Positions 39,296-49,328 of a stretch of DNA of 64,000 nt are shown here, piece after piece (positions within the stretch are counted from its first letter, which is position 1; every line of letters begins with the position of its first letter). This DNA comes from Bacteriovoracaceae bacterium. Lineage in GTDB: Bacteria; Bdellovibrionota; Bacteriovoracia; Bacteriovoracales; Bacteriovoracaceae. Under the pieces are notes generated by a model. It was not told where the DNA came from and did not search any database. It saw only the letters and a program-made list of their open reading frames with translations. Location of the stretch: positions 1,966,146 to 2,030,145 of the forward strand of contig OZ244226.1 of assembly GCA_965217035.1 (NCBI GenBank), written 5' to 3'. The position numbers and the translations under genes were made by a program.

Positions 39296-42094
39296 CTATC
39301 GAATCAAATAATACAGTTCTTTCGTATGCTGGATCAGTTTTGATTGAGGATAAATTACAATATTTTGAGATCTATAATAAGAAGGAGCCCAAATAAGTGA
39401 ATTTAATCTTGTATTGCCTTTGAAAAGATCAATATAAACCCCGTCGGTAGGAAGATACTTTTTTTCCCTGATTAAATCAAAAGAAGTTTTACTGCCATGG
39501 CATGGATAAAAACCTGTAGAGTATTGTTGAGAGCATTCAACTCGATATTTTTTCCCTTCTTCTAGGTCTGCAAGAAAGAGCAATTTATTATCTTCTGTAA
39601 AACCAAGTGGTGCCGATTTTTTAGGAAGATGTTTCCATCCCTGTTGCGAATTAAAATGAGCCCAATCTTTATGTCCTGCTTTTATGTAGGCATTTTCTCC
39701 ATCTTTAGAAACAATCAGTTTTGAGTATTGGTGGCAAGATGATGAATAAATCTTTCTTTTTTGAAAATTGAGAGCATAACAATTCTCTCCTGAGTTAGTT
39801 GTAGAGAGAAAAACCCAATCTGAGTTAATTTCTTTTATGGCTGCAATACTGCCACTAATTCCTGTATCCCAGATTTTTTTCTCTTGTATATCTTTTACTT
39901 TAATTGATTTGTCTTTTCTCCAAAAAATCTTCTTATTATAAAAATAATTAATTGAAAAAACATCGAGATTCTTAATCGACTTTGTTTGATCTGATTCAGT
40001 ATAATAACAAGTGCTTTCCTTCTTTTTATAATTAGTTAAACAGATACCTTCTTTTTTATCAGAAACGATGGATTCGTCTGTTTGACTTCTAAAAACACCA
40101 GAAGAATTAGCGGTATCAATTTTCTTTAGTTTTTCTGGAAATGTTTGATAAACATCAAATTGGCATGAGGCAGATTTTGGACAAGTTTTAAAAAGAAAGT
40201 GGTCTCCCGAGATAACTCTTATTTTAGAATTACTTAGTGAGTCTCCCATTTTTTTTGTAAGAATCGTTTGAAAGTTAATATCCAGATAAATAAGTTTATT
40301 AAGAGAATCAAGAACAAGCCAAGTTTGGGTTGTTTTAAAGAAAAATATTTTTTCATCATTATTTACTTCATAAACAATTTCTCCAGTATCAAGATTAAAA
40401 ACCTTATTACTATCAAGGATTAAATAATTATCAGTCGCTTGTTCAAGGCTAGAAACAAACCTAGGAATCAAGCTGATTGAGTTTGAATCAACTTCTGAAT
40501 TATTAGCAAGAACTTTCTTAAGTTTCTCATCGTCCTTTAGCTTACAATTAGCTTCTTGAGAGTTATGACAGATCTTTAAATATTCAGCAATTTTAGAATT
40601 AAGATGTCTCTCTCGAATCTTTTGATCTTGAATTTTGAGAGTCGCGGATGTTTTTTCCTGACAGTTTGGCTGGAGACAAGAATAAGTTTTTCTATATTTT
40701 TCAATATCCCTTCTTTTCTTAAGTGCAATATATTGATGATCAAGTCCCCATCGGGCATCAATTGGATCTCTTGGATCACCTGAAGCAACTCCAATATCAA
40801 AATATTTTTCTAATGATTCAAGAGGATGGAGAGCATTGTTAATTTCTAGTTTGGTGTCCTTAAGGTATTGCTTGCGTAAAGAGTTCATTTTATGTCTTAA
40901 CGCAAATGATTCTAAATTTTTAAAAAGAGCAGAGATTCTTTTGTCTCTGGTCGGGGTACTCCAAGCATCATAAAGCCCATTTGGTCTCTTGGGACAAGGA
41001 TTTCGTTGGCAAATTTGATGACCCTGTTCAACTATTTCCTTTCGTACTTCGAGAAGCTCTTTCATATTTTTTGCGATGGAGCTAATGATTTTAGGAGGAT
41101 TAATAACGATATTAAGTTTTTCAAAGATCTTTTGATAAAAGTCAGATTGATAGGTTCCAGAGTATTGCTCAAGACTATAATCAGTCATTTGATTTTCTGG
41201 AAGCATTCTCCAGCGACCATTTTTAAGATAAGGCCATCGAAAGTGAAGAATTCCTCCTTTGGAACGCTTTGGCTCATTTTGATTGAGAAAGAAATACTCT
41301 CGATATGTATTTAGACTTGCGGGAACAGTCCCGTAGGTAAACTCAATAGGGAATTTGCTTCCATCATGAGTAACTCTTTTGATAACTCGAGTATGCCCTG
41401 TCGTCATGTAAACAGCACCAGGAATTATGTAATCACGGTTGATTTTAGCCGGATAGAGATCATTGATGAGTGATTTTGTACTTGTTGTATTATTAAGATC
41501 TCTTAATGCTTGCATGAAAACTTGATCTTTATACCAAGTTTCAGAGCGCTTTAAGTTTCTATAGCTATAGCGAAAAGTTTCATGTGAGACAACCTGCCCA
41601 TTAGAAGTAAGGCTATTGGCAACCGGGAGTTTATGAATAAAAGAGAAAATCCATCGCATACTCAAGGCAACGTCTGCACAATCAACGCTAACTCCATACC
41701 TGCGGAAAAATTCTAAATCAACCTCAGTTTCTATCCAGTTTGCAAATCTCTTTTCCCATTGTTTATTCCAACGATTTTTTGCTTCCCAAATAACTCTTGA
41801 TGCGACCTCTGTTTCAACAGTTGGAAAATTAATAACTCGAATCGATTCCTTAGAGGATTCAAGCGTCGCAAAATGGTTAAGGGCTTCGTGATAATTGAGA
41901 AAGACATCACGGTCTTCAAGTTGTGGGAGTTTGTTTATTTGTCTTTGAAAGGATTCAACAATCCACTTGTTTTGTTCTTGATAGAGGTGAACCGTTCTTT
42001 CGCTAAGGGATTCTTCGGTAGTTGTAAAATAACGAGATTCAAGGGCAAAGACATTGATAGTAGCGAGTAGAGCAAAGAGATAAATTAATTTCAT
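39296..42094 (-). CDS. Large secreted hypothetical protein with a possible papain/NlpC-like Cys-His domain
   Basis: Signal peptide; DCAD and GHTRVI motifs; WSTPTRD; beta-rich C-terminal region. Confidence 0.55.
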   Translation of the reverse strand: MKLIYLFALLATINVFALESRYFTTTEESLSERTVHLYQEQNKWIVESFQRQINKLPQLEDRDVFLNYHEALNHFATLESSKESIRVINFPTVETEVASRVIWEAKNRWNKQWEKRFANWIETEVDLEFFRRYGVSVDCADVALSMRWIFSFIHKLPVANSLTSNGQVVSHETFRYSYRNLKRSETWYKDQVFMQALRDLNNTTSTKSLINDLYPAKINRDYIIPGAVYMTTGHTRVIKRVTHDGSKFPIEFTYGTVPASLNTYREYFFLNQNEPKRSKGGILHFRWPYLKNGRWRMLPENQMTDYSLEQYSGTYQSDFYQKIFEKLNIVINPPKIISSIAKNMKELLEVRKEIVEQGHQICQRNPCPKRPNGLYDAWSTPTRDKRISALFKNLESFALRHKMNSLRKQYLKDTKLEINNALHPLESLEKYFDIGVASGDPRDPIDARWGLDHQYIALKKRRDIEKYRKTYSCLQPNCQEKTSATLKIQDQKIRERHLNSKIAEYLKICHNSQEANCKLKDDEKLKKVLANNSEVDSNSISLIPRFVSSLEQATDNYLILDSNKVFNLDTGEIVYEVNNDEKIFFFKTTQTWLVLDSLNKLIYLDINFQTILTKKMGDSLSNSKIRVISGDHFLFKTCPKSASCQFDVYQTFPEKLKKIDTANSSGVFRSQTDESIVSDKKEGICLTNYKKKESTCYYTESDQTKSIKNLDVFSINYFYNKKIFWRKDKSIKVKDIQEKKIWDTGISGSIAAIKEINSDWVFLSTTNSGENCYALNFQKRKIYSSSCHQYSKLIVSKDGENAYIKAGHKDWAHFNSQQGWKHLPKKSAPLGFTEDNKLLFLADLEEGKKYRVECSQQYSTGFYPCHGSKTSFDLIREKKYLPTDGVYIDLFKGNTRLNSLIWAPSYYRSQNIVIYPQSKLIQHTKELYYLIR

Positions 42095-42168
42095 AAAATT
42101 AAATTAGAAAATGAGTCACGAAATGAACAGAGTGATTGTAATGATTACAAAAGTCGTGGCGATTCGCG

Positions 42169-43158
42169 TTATTCCATGCAGCGATAAATTTTTGAAACAT
42201 TATAAGAGGCAGATTCTAGGAGTTTCTCTATATTACTTAATATCCAGCCTCTCAAAGGGCGAGAGTAACGGACTTTATCATCAAAACTTTTCTGAAGCGG
42301 TTGTTTTGTAATATCAGAGTCAGGATAGTTCTTTTCGACTTGTCGATAAACATCCTTGGTGTAACGAACAACTCCAATTGAAATATATTCAAGTGATTCG
42401 TTAGGGAGAACTTCTTTCAGTTCAGAAATCATAGAGGAGTATCTCTCGATGAGGTTTTCTGAATAAACTATCGGATCGAGATGGATTCCAATTCGAAACC
42501 CTTTATCTACCAATTGCTTAATTGCTTTGAGCCTCGCTTTTAATGGTGGAGTCTTTCGATCATATTTTTTTGAGTTTTCTTCATCGGCGAGCGAGAAAGT
42601 TATAATCACGTTTTGAAGAGGTTCAAGTTCTAAAAGAGGTTTGATATTAGAGGATTTAGATCGAAGTTCAAGTTTTGCTTCGGGGTTCTCTTTGAAAAAG
42701 TCAAAATATTGAGCCCATTCGTTGGTAATATGAGAAAGCGCTAAAGAATCGCTAAATTCTCCGGCATGAAACCAAGTTTCTCCATCGATAAGGCTTTTCA
42801 TTTCTTGGATAATCTCATCATGATTTGTAAAAAGAACAATATCGGGAGAATGGAAATACCCTTGGAGAAAACAATATTCACATTCATAGACACAGTTATA
42901 AGCATGGATAAAATAATAGTGCTTTCCGGTTTGAGTACCATAAGCGTCTGGAGTTTCTTTGATGAGCTGGCCGCGTTTTTTTCCTAAAAACAGATTAAGG
43001 TCAGTTCGTTTATGCAGATAGGGTTTCTTTACTTTGCCAAAGTGATCTTCAATTGCTCTGATCTCTGTAGAGGGGATATCTTTAAAGAATTTTAGAATAT
43101 TTTGAGTATAGGGTTGAGCGAGGACTTCTGATTCCACATAAATATTTTGGAACATCAC
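42169..43158 (-). CDS. Spore photoproduct lyase family radical SAM protein
   Basis: CVYECEYC radical SAM motif followed by FLQG; GEFSDSLA; ELRSKS; YRCME C-terminus. Confidence 0.88.
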   Translation of the reverse strand: MMFQNIYVESEVLAQPYTQNILKFFKDIPSTEIRAIEDHFGKVKKPYLHKRTDLNLFLGKKRGQLIKETPDAYGTQTGKHYYFIHAYNCVYECEYCFLQGYFHSPDIVLFTNHDEIIQEMKSLIDGETWFHAGEFSDSLALSHITNEWAQYFDFFKENPEAKLELRSKSSNIKPLLELEPLQNVIITFSLADEENSKKYDRKTPPLKARLKAIKQLVDKGFRIGIHLDPIVYSENLIERYSSMISELKEVLPNESLEYISIGVVRYTKDVYRQVEKNYPDSDITKQPLQKSFDDKVRYSRPLRGWILSNIEKLLESASYNVSKIYRCME

Positions 43159-44111
43159 TGAAGCTCTCCATCAATTAAAGACTGAACTTCTTTAAGAGGG
43201 AATTCTTTAAGAGACTTTATCAGTTCTTTTACATCGTCTTCATTTTCTAAAAGTGATTTTACCTGAACTTTATTTTCTTCAAGTTTATTATCAATAGAGT
43301 AATGAGTTTTTTTAGTATTGTTTTTATTAAGCTTTTTTTTGATTCTTTTCTTTACTTGAAAAGTGATCGGGTCAACGGATTCTTCTAAAAGCTCAATGAG
43401 TTTCCGAGTTTTCTGCTTCCCTGTTATTTTTGCTTGCTGGATTTGAGAATAATCAACTTCTTTTAACTTAAAGAGTTTTTCAATTTTTTTAGATTCAGAG
43501 AAAGTAATCCAAAAACCTTCACTTTCAAGTCTCTCGATAAGATTGTTTTCATCAGGTTGAAGATGTTGAAAAAGTCTTTGAGAAAAATCATAGGCATTTT
43601 CAAAAATATCGACACAGTCTGTTTGTTCAGCTGTAATATCTGAAACAATTTTATAAGCACGCCAAGGGACTTTAAACCTTTTAGCAACCGATCCAATCGC
43701 CCAAAGTTCTCGATCAATTAAGGGAGCAATATAGCTCAGGTCTTTTTTTGAGAGTGAATTTGTGACTCTTTTAAAATAACTTAAGCAATCAGTGGTCGCT
43801 TCTGGGTCGTTGGAGGTAAAACTATGGAAGCTCGGCTCTGTATGATGGTGATAGACTGTGCGAATAGAATGGATAGAATATTTTTCCTGATTTTTAAGAG
43901 CTCCAGCAATTCCAAAGTTTAAGATTTCATCTACTTTATGTTTCGCAAGAGTATAAGAGAGAGCTTCAGTCGTATTCTGAATTCCTTCACCTGTAATTAG
44001 AAGTAGATTCTCTTTGTTTTTATAAAGTAAGTTCTCTTCGAACATTCGAAGATCTAGTTTTTTGATAAAGGTTTGGGCTTCACCACGGTGAGCAAAAACT
44101 AAGAGATTCAT
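43155..44111 (-). CDS. Nucleoside phosphorylase/MTA-SAH nucleosidase-like protein
   Basis: Start 44111; A...EA, LITGEG, LNFGIAGAL, IDRE, YKIVSD motifs of the PNP_UDP fold, plus a C-terminal extension. Confidence 0.7.
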   Translation of the reverse strand: MNLLVFAHRGEAQTFIKKLDLRMFEENLLYKNKENLLLITGEGIQNTTEALSYTLAKHKVDEILNFGIAGALKNQEKYSIHSIRTVYHHHTEPSFHSFTSNDPEATTDCLSYFKRVTNSLSKKDLSYIAPLIDRELWAIGSVAKRFKVPWRAYKIVSDITAEQTDCVDIFENAYDFSQRLFQHLQPDENNLIERLESEGFWITFSESKKIEKLFKLKEVDYSQIQQAKITGKQKTRKLIELLEESVDPITFQVKKRIKKKLNKNNTKKTHYSIDNKLEENKVQVKSLLENEDDVKELIKSLKEFPLKEVQSLIDGELQ

Positions 44112-44162
44112 TGGTCTTTTTATTACAATATCTTTAGTATGATTTCCACACTTGGAGATTAT

Positions 44163-45149
44163 ATGAGCGCAAAGCATCAAGATATTGTTGAAAACACAAA
44201 AAGGGTCTTTGGACCCATTGATTTTGAAGTTTCAGCCCTTTCCTTCGGTGGAGCGGCTGTCTCAGGTGAAGGCGGTGGTTACGGTTTTGGCGATATTTCT
44301 GAAAAAGATTCTGTTGAACTGATCAGATATGCCTATGATCTGGGGATTAATTTGTTTGATTCGGCTCCAATTTATGGTTTTGGAACCTCTGAAGTTAGAA
44401 TTGGCAAAGCTCTGAAGGATGTTCGGGAAAAGGTTTTTTATGTCTCAAAGTCTGGTGTTGATTGGCATGACAATATGAGGGTCAATATGAGTAACGACCC
44501 AAAGATAACAGAGAAAATGTTACTTGAATCACTTAAGAGAATGGATACTGAATATCTCGATCTTTATTTCATTCACTGGCCAGATGAAAATGTTGATATT
44601 CGAAAACCTTTAGAGGTCCTTTCAAAATACAAAGAGAAAGGTGTTATTAGGCATATCGGTCTTTGTAATACCAGTCTTGATGATTTAAGTAAGGCAAAAG
44701 AGATTGATAAAATTGATGTTGTCCAAAGCGAATACAATATGTTTATGAGAGGAGTAGAGCAGGAGATTCTTCCCTACTGTGAAGAGAATGGAATTGCCTT
44801 TATGAGTTGGGGAACTCTCGAGAAAGGAATTCTTACTGGTAAGTATGATTTAAATGCGAGCCGAAATGATAGTGATGCTCGAAAGAGTGCTCCTTGGTGG
44901 AATAAAAAGGATGTCACAAAGAAAGTAGAGCTTGTGGATAAGACGAAAAAATATCTAGAAGAAACGGATTTTCTGTATCGAGACCTTGCAGTCAATTTCA
45001 ATTTGAAAAACAAATCACTGACCACTATCCTTGCTGGTCCGAGAAATAAAAATCAATTAGAAACACTGATCGAAAGTATTGGTGTTAATACAGATGATTT
45101 TGCATACTGGGACGAAATTTTAAGTACGTTGAGGGAGTTTCATGCCTAA
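44163..45149 (+). CDS. Aldo/keto reductase
   Basis: FDSAPIYG (catalytic Asp/Tyr), SK, LDLYFIHWPD, IRHIGLCN, QSEYN. Confidence 0.92.
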   Translation: MSAKHQDIVENTKRVFGPIDFEVSALSFGGAAVSGEGGGYGFGDISEKDSVELIRYAYDLGINLFDSAPIYGFGTSEVRIGKALKDVREKVFYVSKSGVDWHDNMRVNMSNDPKITEKMLLESLKRMDTEYLDLYFIHWPDENVDIRKPLEVLSKYKEKGVIRHIGLCNTSLDDLSKAKEIDKIDVVQSEYNMFMRGVEQEILPYCEENGIAFMSWGTLEKGILTGKYDLNASRNDSDARKSAPWWNKKDVTKKVELVDKTKKYLEETDFLYRDLAVNFNLKNKSLTTILAGPRNKNQLETLIESIGVNTDDFAYWDEILSTLREFHA

Positions 45150-45963
45150 GTTCAGTGTTATTATTCCTACTTACAACAGACTCGAAGTTCTTAAGCGAGC
45201 AGTTGAATCTGTGAATAATCAAACTTATGAAGACTATGAATTAATTGTTGTTGATGATGGCTCCGATGATGGGACCGAAGCTTACTTGAAAGAATTAGAG
45301 ATCCATCATTTGAGGGCCGGAGAAACGCCTCGAGGGGTAAGTTTCGCTCGGAATTTAGGAGTAGAATGCTCGAGCGGTGAATGGTTAGCCTTTCTGGATT
45401 CTGATGATGAGTGGTTGCCAGATAAGCTTGAAAGGCAATTAACTTTCATTGAGAAAAATCCTTTAACTCGAATCGTTCATGGAGAAGAACGTTGGATTCG
45501 AAATGGTGTTCGAGTGAATCCAATGAAAAAGCATCAAAAGTTTGGAGGAGATCTTTTTGAGGCTTCGTTAAACCTTTGCCTTATAAGTCCATCAACCGTT
45601 GTTTTGAAACGAGAACTCTTTGATGAAATGCAAGGTTTTCGCGAAGACTTCATCGTTTGTGAAGATTACGATCTCTGGCTAAAAATTACCTCACAAGAAG
45701 AGGTTGGTTTTTTAAAAGAGGAACTGATTGTTAAATATGGTGGGCATGAAGATCAACTTTCCAGGCGGTATAGGGCCATGGATTATTATAGAGTTAAAAG
45801 TATTGATTGGATTCTTGATAGAGGGGCCTTAGAAACGTCAAAGAAGTCTAGAGCAATTGAGGTTCTTCGGAAGAAGTCTGATATTTTGCTCTCAGGTTAT
45901 GAAAAACATAATAATCTTATCCACTTTGATGAAATACGAAAAATTCAAAGGAAATGGTTATGA
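45142..45963 (+). CDS. Glycosyltransferase family 2
   Basis: SVIIPTYNR, VVDDGSDD, ARNLG, FLDSDD, EDYDLW. Confidence 0.92.
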   Translation: MPKFSVIIPTYNRLEVLKRAVESVNNQTYEDYELIVVDDGSDDGTEAYLKELEIHHLRAGETPRGVSFARNLGVECSSGEWLAFLDSDDEWLPDKLERQLTFIEKNPLTRIVHGEERWIRNGVRVNPMKKHQKFGGDLFEASLNLCLISPSTVVLKRELFDEMQGFREDFIVCEDYDLWLKITSQEEVGFLKEELIVKYGGHEDQLSRRYRAMDYYRVKSIDWILDRGALETSKKSRAIEVLRKKSDILLSGYEKHNNLIHFDEIRKIQRKWL

Positions 45964-46211
45964 AATTCTTATTATTGCTTATTTTTCTTTCTTGTAATTC
46001 AGCAGAGGAACCAATGAATCCAAATATCACTTGTTCTGATTACAGAAAGTGTGGACCTGACGCTATTTGTGCGCCAGAAGAATCTTGTTATAAGGTCCCC
46101 GGTTGTGAAAAAACGCTCTGTTTAAAAAGTTCAGAGGTTTGCCAAAAGTCCTGCGGGACTAATGATTGCAAGATTATGGAGTCTTATCCTGCTCAAATTG
46201 CTTGTAAGTAA
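45960..46211 (+). CDS. Small Cys-rich lipoprotein
   Basis: Lipobox FLSC and ten further Cys; C-terminal C.IMESYP.QI.C. Confidence 0.65.
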   Translation: MKFLLLLIFLSCNSAEEPMNPNITCSDYRKCGPDAICAPEESCYKVPGCEKTLCLKSSEVCQKSCGTNDCKIMESYPAQIACK

Positions 46212-46212
46212 C

Positions 46213-46241
46213 TTGTCATCTTCATGATTTTTCAATAATCT
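46213..46241 (+). promoter_or_regulatory. Possible sigma70 promoter of tRNA-Ala
   Basis: TTGTCA-N17-TAATCT, 14 nt before the tRNA 5' end. Confidence 0.45.
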
Positions 46242-46255
46242 CAAGTTTCATCTGT

Positions 46256-46331
46256 GGGGGTGTAGCTCAGTTGGGAGAGCGCTTCGCTGGCAGCGAAGAG
46301 GTCGCAAGTTCGATCCTTGTCATCTCCACCA
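46256..46331 (+). tRNA. tRNA-Ala (anticodon GGC)
   Basis: 76-nt cloverleaf: acceptor GGGGGTG/CATCTCC with G3:U70, anticodon arm CTTCG-CTGGCAG-CGAAG, T arm GCAAG-TTCGATC-CTTGT, encoded CCA. Confidence 0.97.
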
Positions 46332-46374
46332 CTTATCAAGCAATACGAACTTTTGGCTAGCGAGACGTATTTTT

Positions 46375-47710
46375 GACTCTACACACTTCATGGTGGAACA
46401 CACCGCACTCAATCCCTTAAGAACAGGCATAAAGAACTTTTAACCGGTAGTTTATAAAGCTCTTATATCCGTAAGCACGCCTCTGCAGCTGCTTGCAGAC
46501 ATTGTTAAACCCCTCGGTTCTAGCATTGGTCAAGCGATTTTCAAAGTAGTTAAGAATCTCTTCACGCCAGTTCATGAGCGTTCTTCTGAGCTTTTTAAGC
46601 TCAGGAATTGAACTAAGGGCAAGAGAGTCTGTGAGGTTTTGCAGACTCTTTCTTGCACGCTTAACTCCTTTACAACCATAAAACTTATGAATCGATTCTT
46701 TCACCCAGTAAATCTCATTAAGTTCTGGGTACTTTTTTAGCTCTTTTTGGAACTGTATTCTAGTCCAGTAATCCATCTTCTTGGAGTCCATGAGCAAAAA
46801 CTTTCTAAGCTTTAATTTTTTACTTTTAAATTCTTTGTTTCGATAAAGATCAAGAATACGATTAGGAAGTCTAATAACGTGGAACTTATCGGCTATAATT
46901 CTCGCTCTTGGAAAAAAGTCTCTGGCAAAACTGCGGTAAGTTGTTGAGAGATCCATGGTAATGTTTCTGACGTTTTCTCTTCCAGGGATATAAGCGAGAG
47001 CTTGCTTTAACTGCAATGATGTTCTGGTGGGAATTAACTCTTTAGCTTTTTTGTTATTGTGATCGACAATCAAAGTGACAAACTCTCGTCTACTGTACTG
47101 TTTATTACGTATGAAGCTATGCTCATCGATTCCAATACTTCGTGGCCATGGATTGTTTTTCTTTTTTCTCCATTCAAGTTCTAGTTGTCTGTAATGTCTT
47201 TCATAGATCGTTTTATTACCAAGTTTAAGATGCTTCCTGGCAGCTTTCATGTTGGCAAATTTATCGCAAATGTAGAGAAGGTTTCGTTGCAGGCGCTCAG
47301 TAATTCGAGCATGTTTACTAATCCCTGGGATAGTTTCAGTAGTTACTTTTTTACATCCACAGCATCTAAATCGCTTCTTTTTGATTTTGAGAATTTTAAC
47401 TTTTCCGACATAGGGAGCATCTTTAATGATAACAGTCCTTCGATCATGAACTTTTGAGCATTCTAGTCCACAGTGAGGGCACCATAGAGATTTGCTCTTG
47501 GACTCACAAATAAAGATGATTTCTTTCTTGAATTGAGCGAATCTTACTAATTTTAGTTTCGGTAACAGAAGAAATTGAGTAAGTTTTGAGTTGGGCATAA
47601 GTGTTCTCCAGTTAAAATTTTGAGTGGTATTAAAATTCTAACCGGTTGAATTTCTTATGCCTGCTTATTTAGAATTGATGCGGCGAGTACACCTTGAAGT
47701 GTGAAGACCG
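46375..47710 (-). mobile_element. ISL3-family insertion sequence (~1336 bp)
   Basis: Imperfect terminal inverted repeats (..tctacacacttcatggtg / caccttgaagtgtgaaga..) flanked by the 8-bp direct repeat GTATTTTT (46367-46374 and 47711-47718). Confidence 0.9.
46417..47598 (-). CDS. ISL3-family transposase
   Basis: zf-ISL3 (CPHCG...FRCCGC), IGIDEHS, TMDLS, IIADKFHV, TNARTEGFNN, RRAYGYK; uninterrupted. Confidence 0.95.
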   Translation of the reverse strand: MPNSKLTQFLLLPKLKLVRFAQFKKEIIFICESKSKSLWCPHCGLECSKVHDRRTVIIKDAPYVGKVKILKIKKKRFRCCGCKKVTTETIPGISKHARITERLQRNLLYICDKFANMKAARKHLKLGNKTIYERHYRQLELEWRKKKNNPWPRSIGIDEHSFIRNKQYSRREFVTLIVDHNNKKAKELIPTRTSLQLKQALAYIPGRENVRNITMDLSTTYRSFARDFFPRARIIADKFHVIRLPNRILDLYRNKEFKSKKLKLRKFLLMDSKKMDYWTRIQFQKELKKYPELNEIYWVKESIHKFYGCKGVKRARKSLQNLTDSLALSSIPELKKLRRTLMNWREEILNYFENRLTNARTEGFNNVCKQLQRRAYGYKSFINYRLKVLYACS

Positions 47711-47935
47711 GTATTTTTCAGAGCTTCAAAATAGAAAACTTACTGGTAATTATGATGCTCTTGGATCGGTGCAAACAGATCCGCTTTCACTTTACTTTTT
47801 AGATTTTAACGCCTTAACAATCAGCAATATTTTCAATATCGAGTGATTATGGAAAGTGATGATGAAAATGACCTTTGTACTAGAGATCCTTGTATGCCGT
47901 CCATTGAATCAATTACTATTGGTCCTGAAAGGTAA
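47711..47935 (+). pseudogene. 3' remnant of a gene, interrupted by the IS and frameshifted
   Basis: Frame reads through the IS junction (..LLASETYF|SELQNRKLTG..LSLYFLDFNAL), then continues in the -1 frame as NNQQYFQYRVIMESDDENDLCTRDPCMPSIESITIGPER*. Confidence 0.5.
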
Positions 47936-48033
47936 TAATAAATCTCTAAGAAAATTAAAAAGACTCAGACTTTAAATAACAAAAATAGGATGCTATAGAA
48001 AGATATTTGATTTATGAGCAATAAATTTTGAAA

Positions 48034-49011
48034 ATGAAGCATGTCACTTTTGAGTCTTATGGCAGTCCTGAAGTCCTACGAACTTCAAGGGTAACAAAGC
48101 CCTTTCCAAAAAAGAATGAAATCCTCGTAAAAGTAAAATATACATCTGTTCAAGCGCCTGATTGGAGACTACGTAAAATGAACTTACCTGGAGGTATGGA
48201 GTTGTTGGCCCGCCTCTTTTTTGGATTTTTCAAGCCTCGTAAGAAAATTCTTGGAACTGAACTTTCTGGAACAGTTGAAGAGGTTGGGAAAGATGTATCA
48301 AGCTATAAAAAGGGTGATGATATTATTGCCCTAATGGGAAAAAAACTAGGAGCCTATACGGAATATATTGTCCTTGATGAGAATTATATTATCGTAAAAA
48401 AAGAGAGTTCAATAAGTTTTGCTGAAGCAGCCGTATTAAGCTTTGGTTTTATAACTGCCTATGAATTTTTAACTAAGAAGATCAGGATTAGAAAAGGTGA
48501 AAAAGTTTTAATTCATGGTGCATCGGGCCCTGTTGGATTGGCCGCAATTCAATTATCAAAAAAATATGGAGCGAATGTAACGGCTGTTTGCCAAAGTCAT
48601 AACTCTCAACTCGTTAAAAATATAGGAGCTGATGACTTTATTGATTACACGAAAGAAGACTTTAAGTTGAGTAATAAAAAGTATGATGTGATTTTAGATG
48701 TTACAGGTTTACTTAGTGCAAAGAATTCTTTCAATTCTTTATGCTCTAATGGTAAAGTTTTATTGCTTTCAGCAAGCTTATGGCAAATGCTTTCGGGACT
48801 TTTGATCAATTTATTTTCTAATAAAAAAGTTGTCACCGGGGTTGCTGAAGAGTCAAGACGGGCTCTTGCCTATATTGTCTCTGAAGTATCCAAAGGAAAC
48901 CTAGTGGTAGTTATTGAAAAAGAGTTCTCTTTAGAGGAAATTTCTCTCGCTCATAAATATGCAGAGAAGCGACATAGGAAAGGTAATATCGCAATAAAAG
49001 TATCATCATAA
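48034..49011 (+). CDS. NAD(P)-dependent MDR-family (Zn-independent ADH/quinone reductase-like) oxidoreductase
   Basis: YGSPEVL, ILGTELSG, VLIHGASGPVG, YDVILD, KGNIAI. Confidence 0.9.
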   Translation: MKHVTFESYGSPEVLRTSRVTKPFPKKNEILVKVKYTSVQAPDWRLRKMNLPGGMELLARLFFGFFKPRKKILGTELSGTVEEVGKDVSSYKKGDDIIALMGKKLGAYTEYIVLDENYIIVKKESSISFAEAAVLSFGFITAYEFLTKKIRIRKGEKVLIHGASGPVGLAAIQLSKKYGANVTAVCQSHNSQLVKNIGADDFIDYTKEDFKLSNKKYDVILDVTGLLSAKNSFNSLCSNGKVLLLSASLWQMLSGLLINLFSNKKVVTGVAEESRRALAYIVSEVSKGNLVVVIEKEFSLEEISLAHKYAEKRHRKGNIAIKVSS

Positions 49012-49328
49012 CTAACTTTAATAAGTACATAAAAATGTCTAATCATAAGGTCTCGCTTGAAAACGACGAGAATTATAAATTCATATTGCTCATAGAGGCT
49101 GAGAGTAATCGTTCTATTTGAGAGACCTCCTTCTTTCATTTGAATAATTCTCTCAATAAATCGCTTTCCTTTTTAAAGTTAGTGCTTTGTTTCGGAAGTT
49201 ATCACAATTTAAGGAATTGTAACTATTACAACTAATAATGCCGAGTATTGCTCTTGTGTTATATTCGCTTGAGTAATTAATGTGTAAAGGTCATGTTTTT
49301 GGCATTAATTAAATAGATAGTAAATTTT

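Noticed and set aside
46212..46221. CTTGTCATCT repeat matching the tRNA-Ala 3' region (possible att site)
   Set aside because: Only 10 nt, lies upstream of the tRNA, and is explained by the TTGTCA -35 box.
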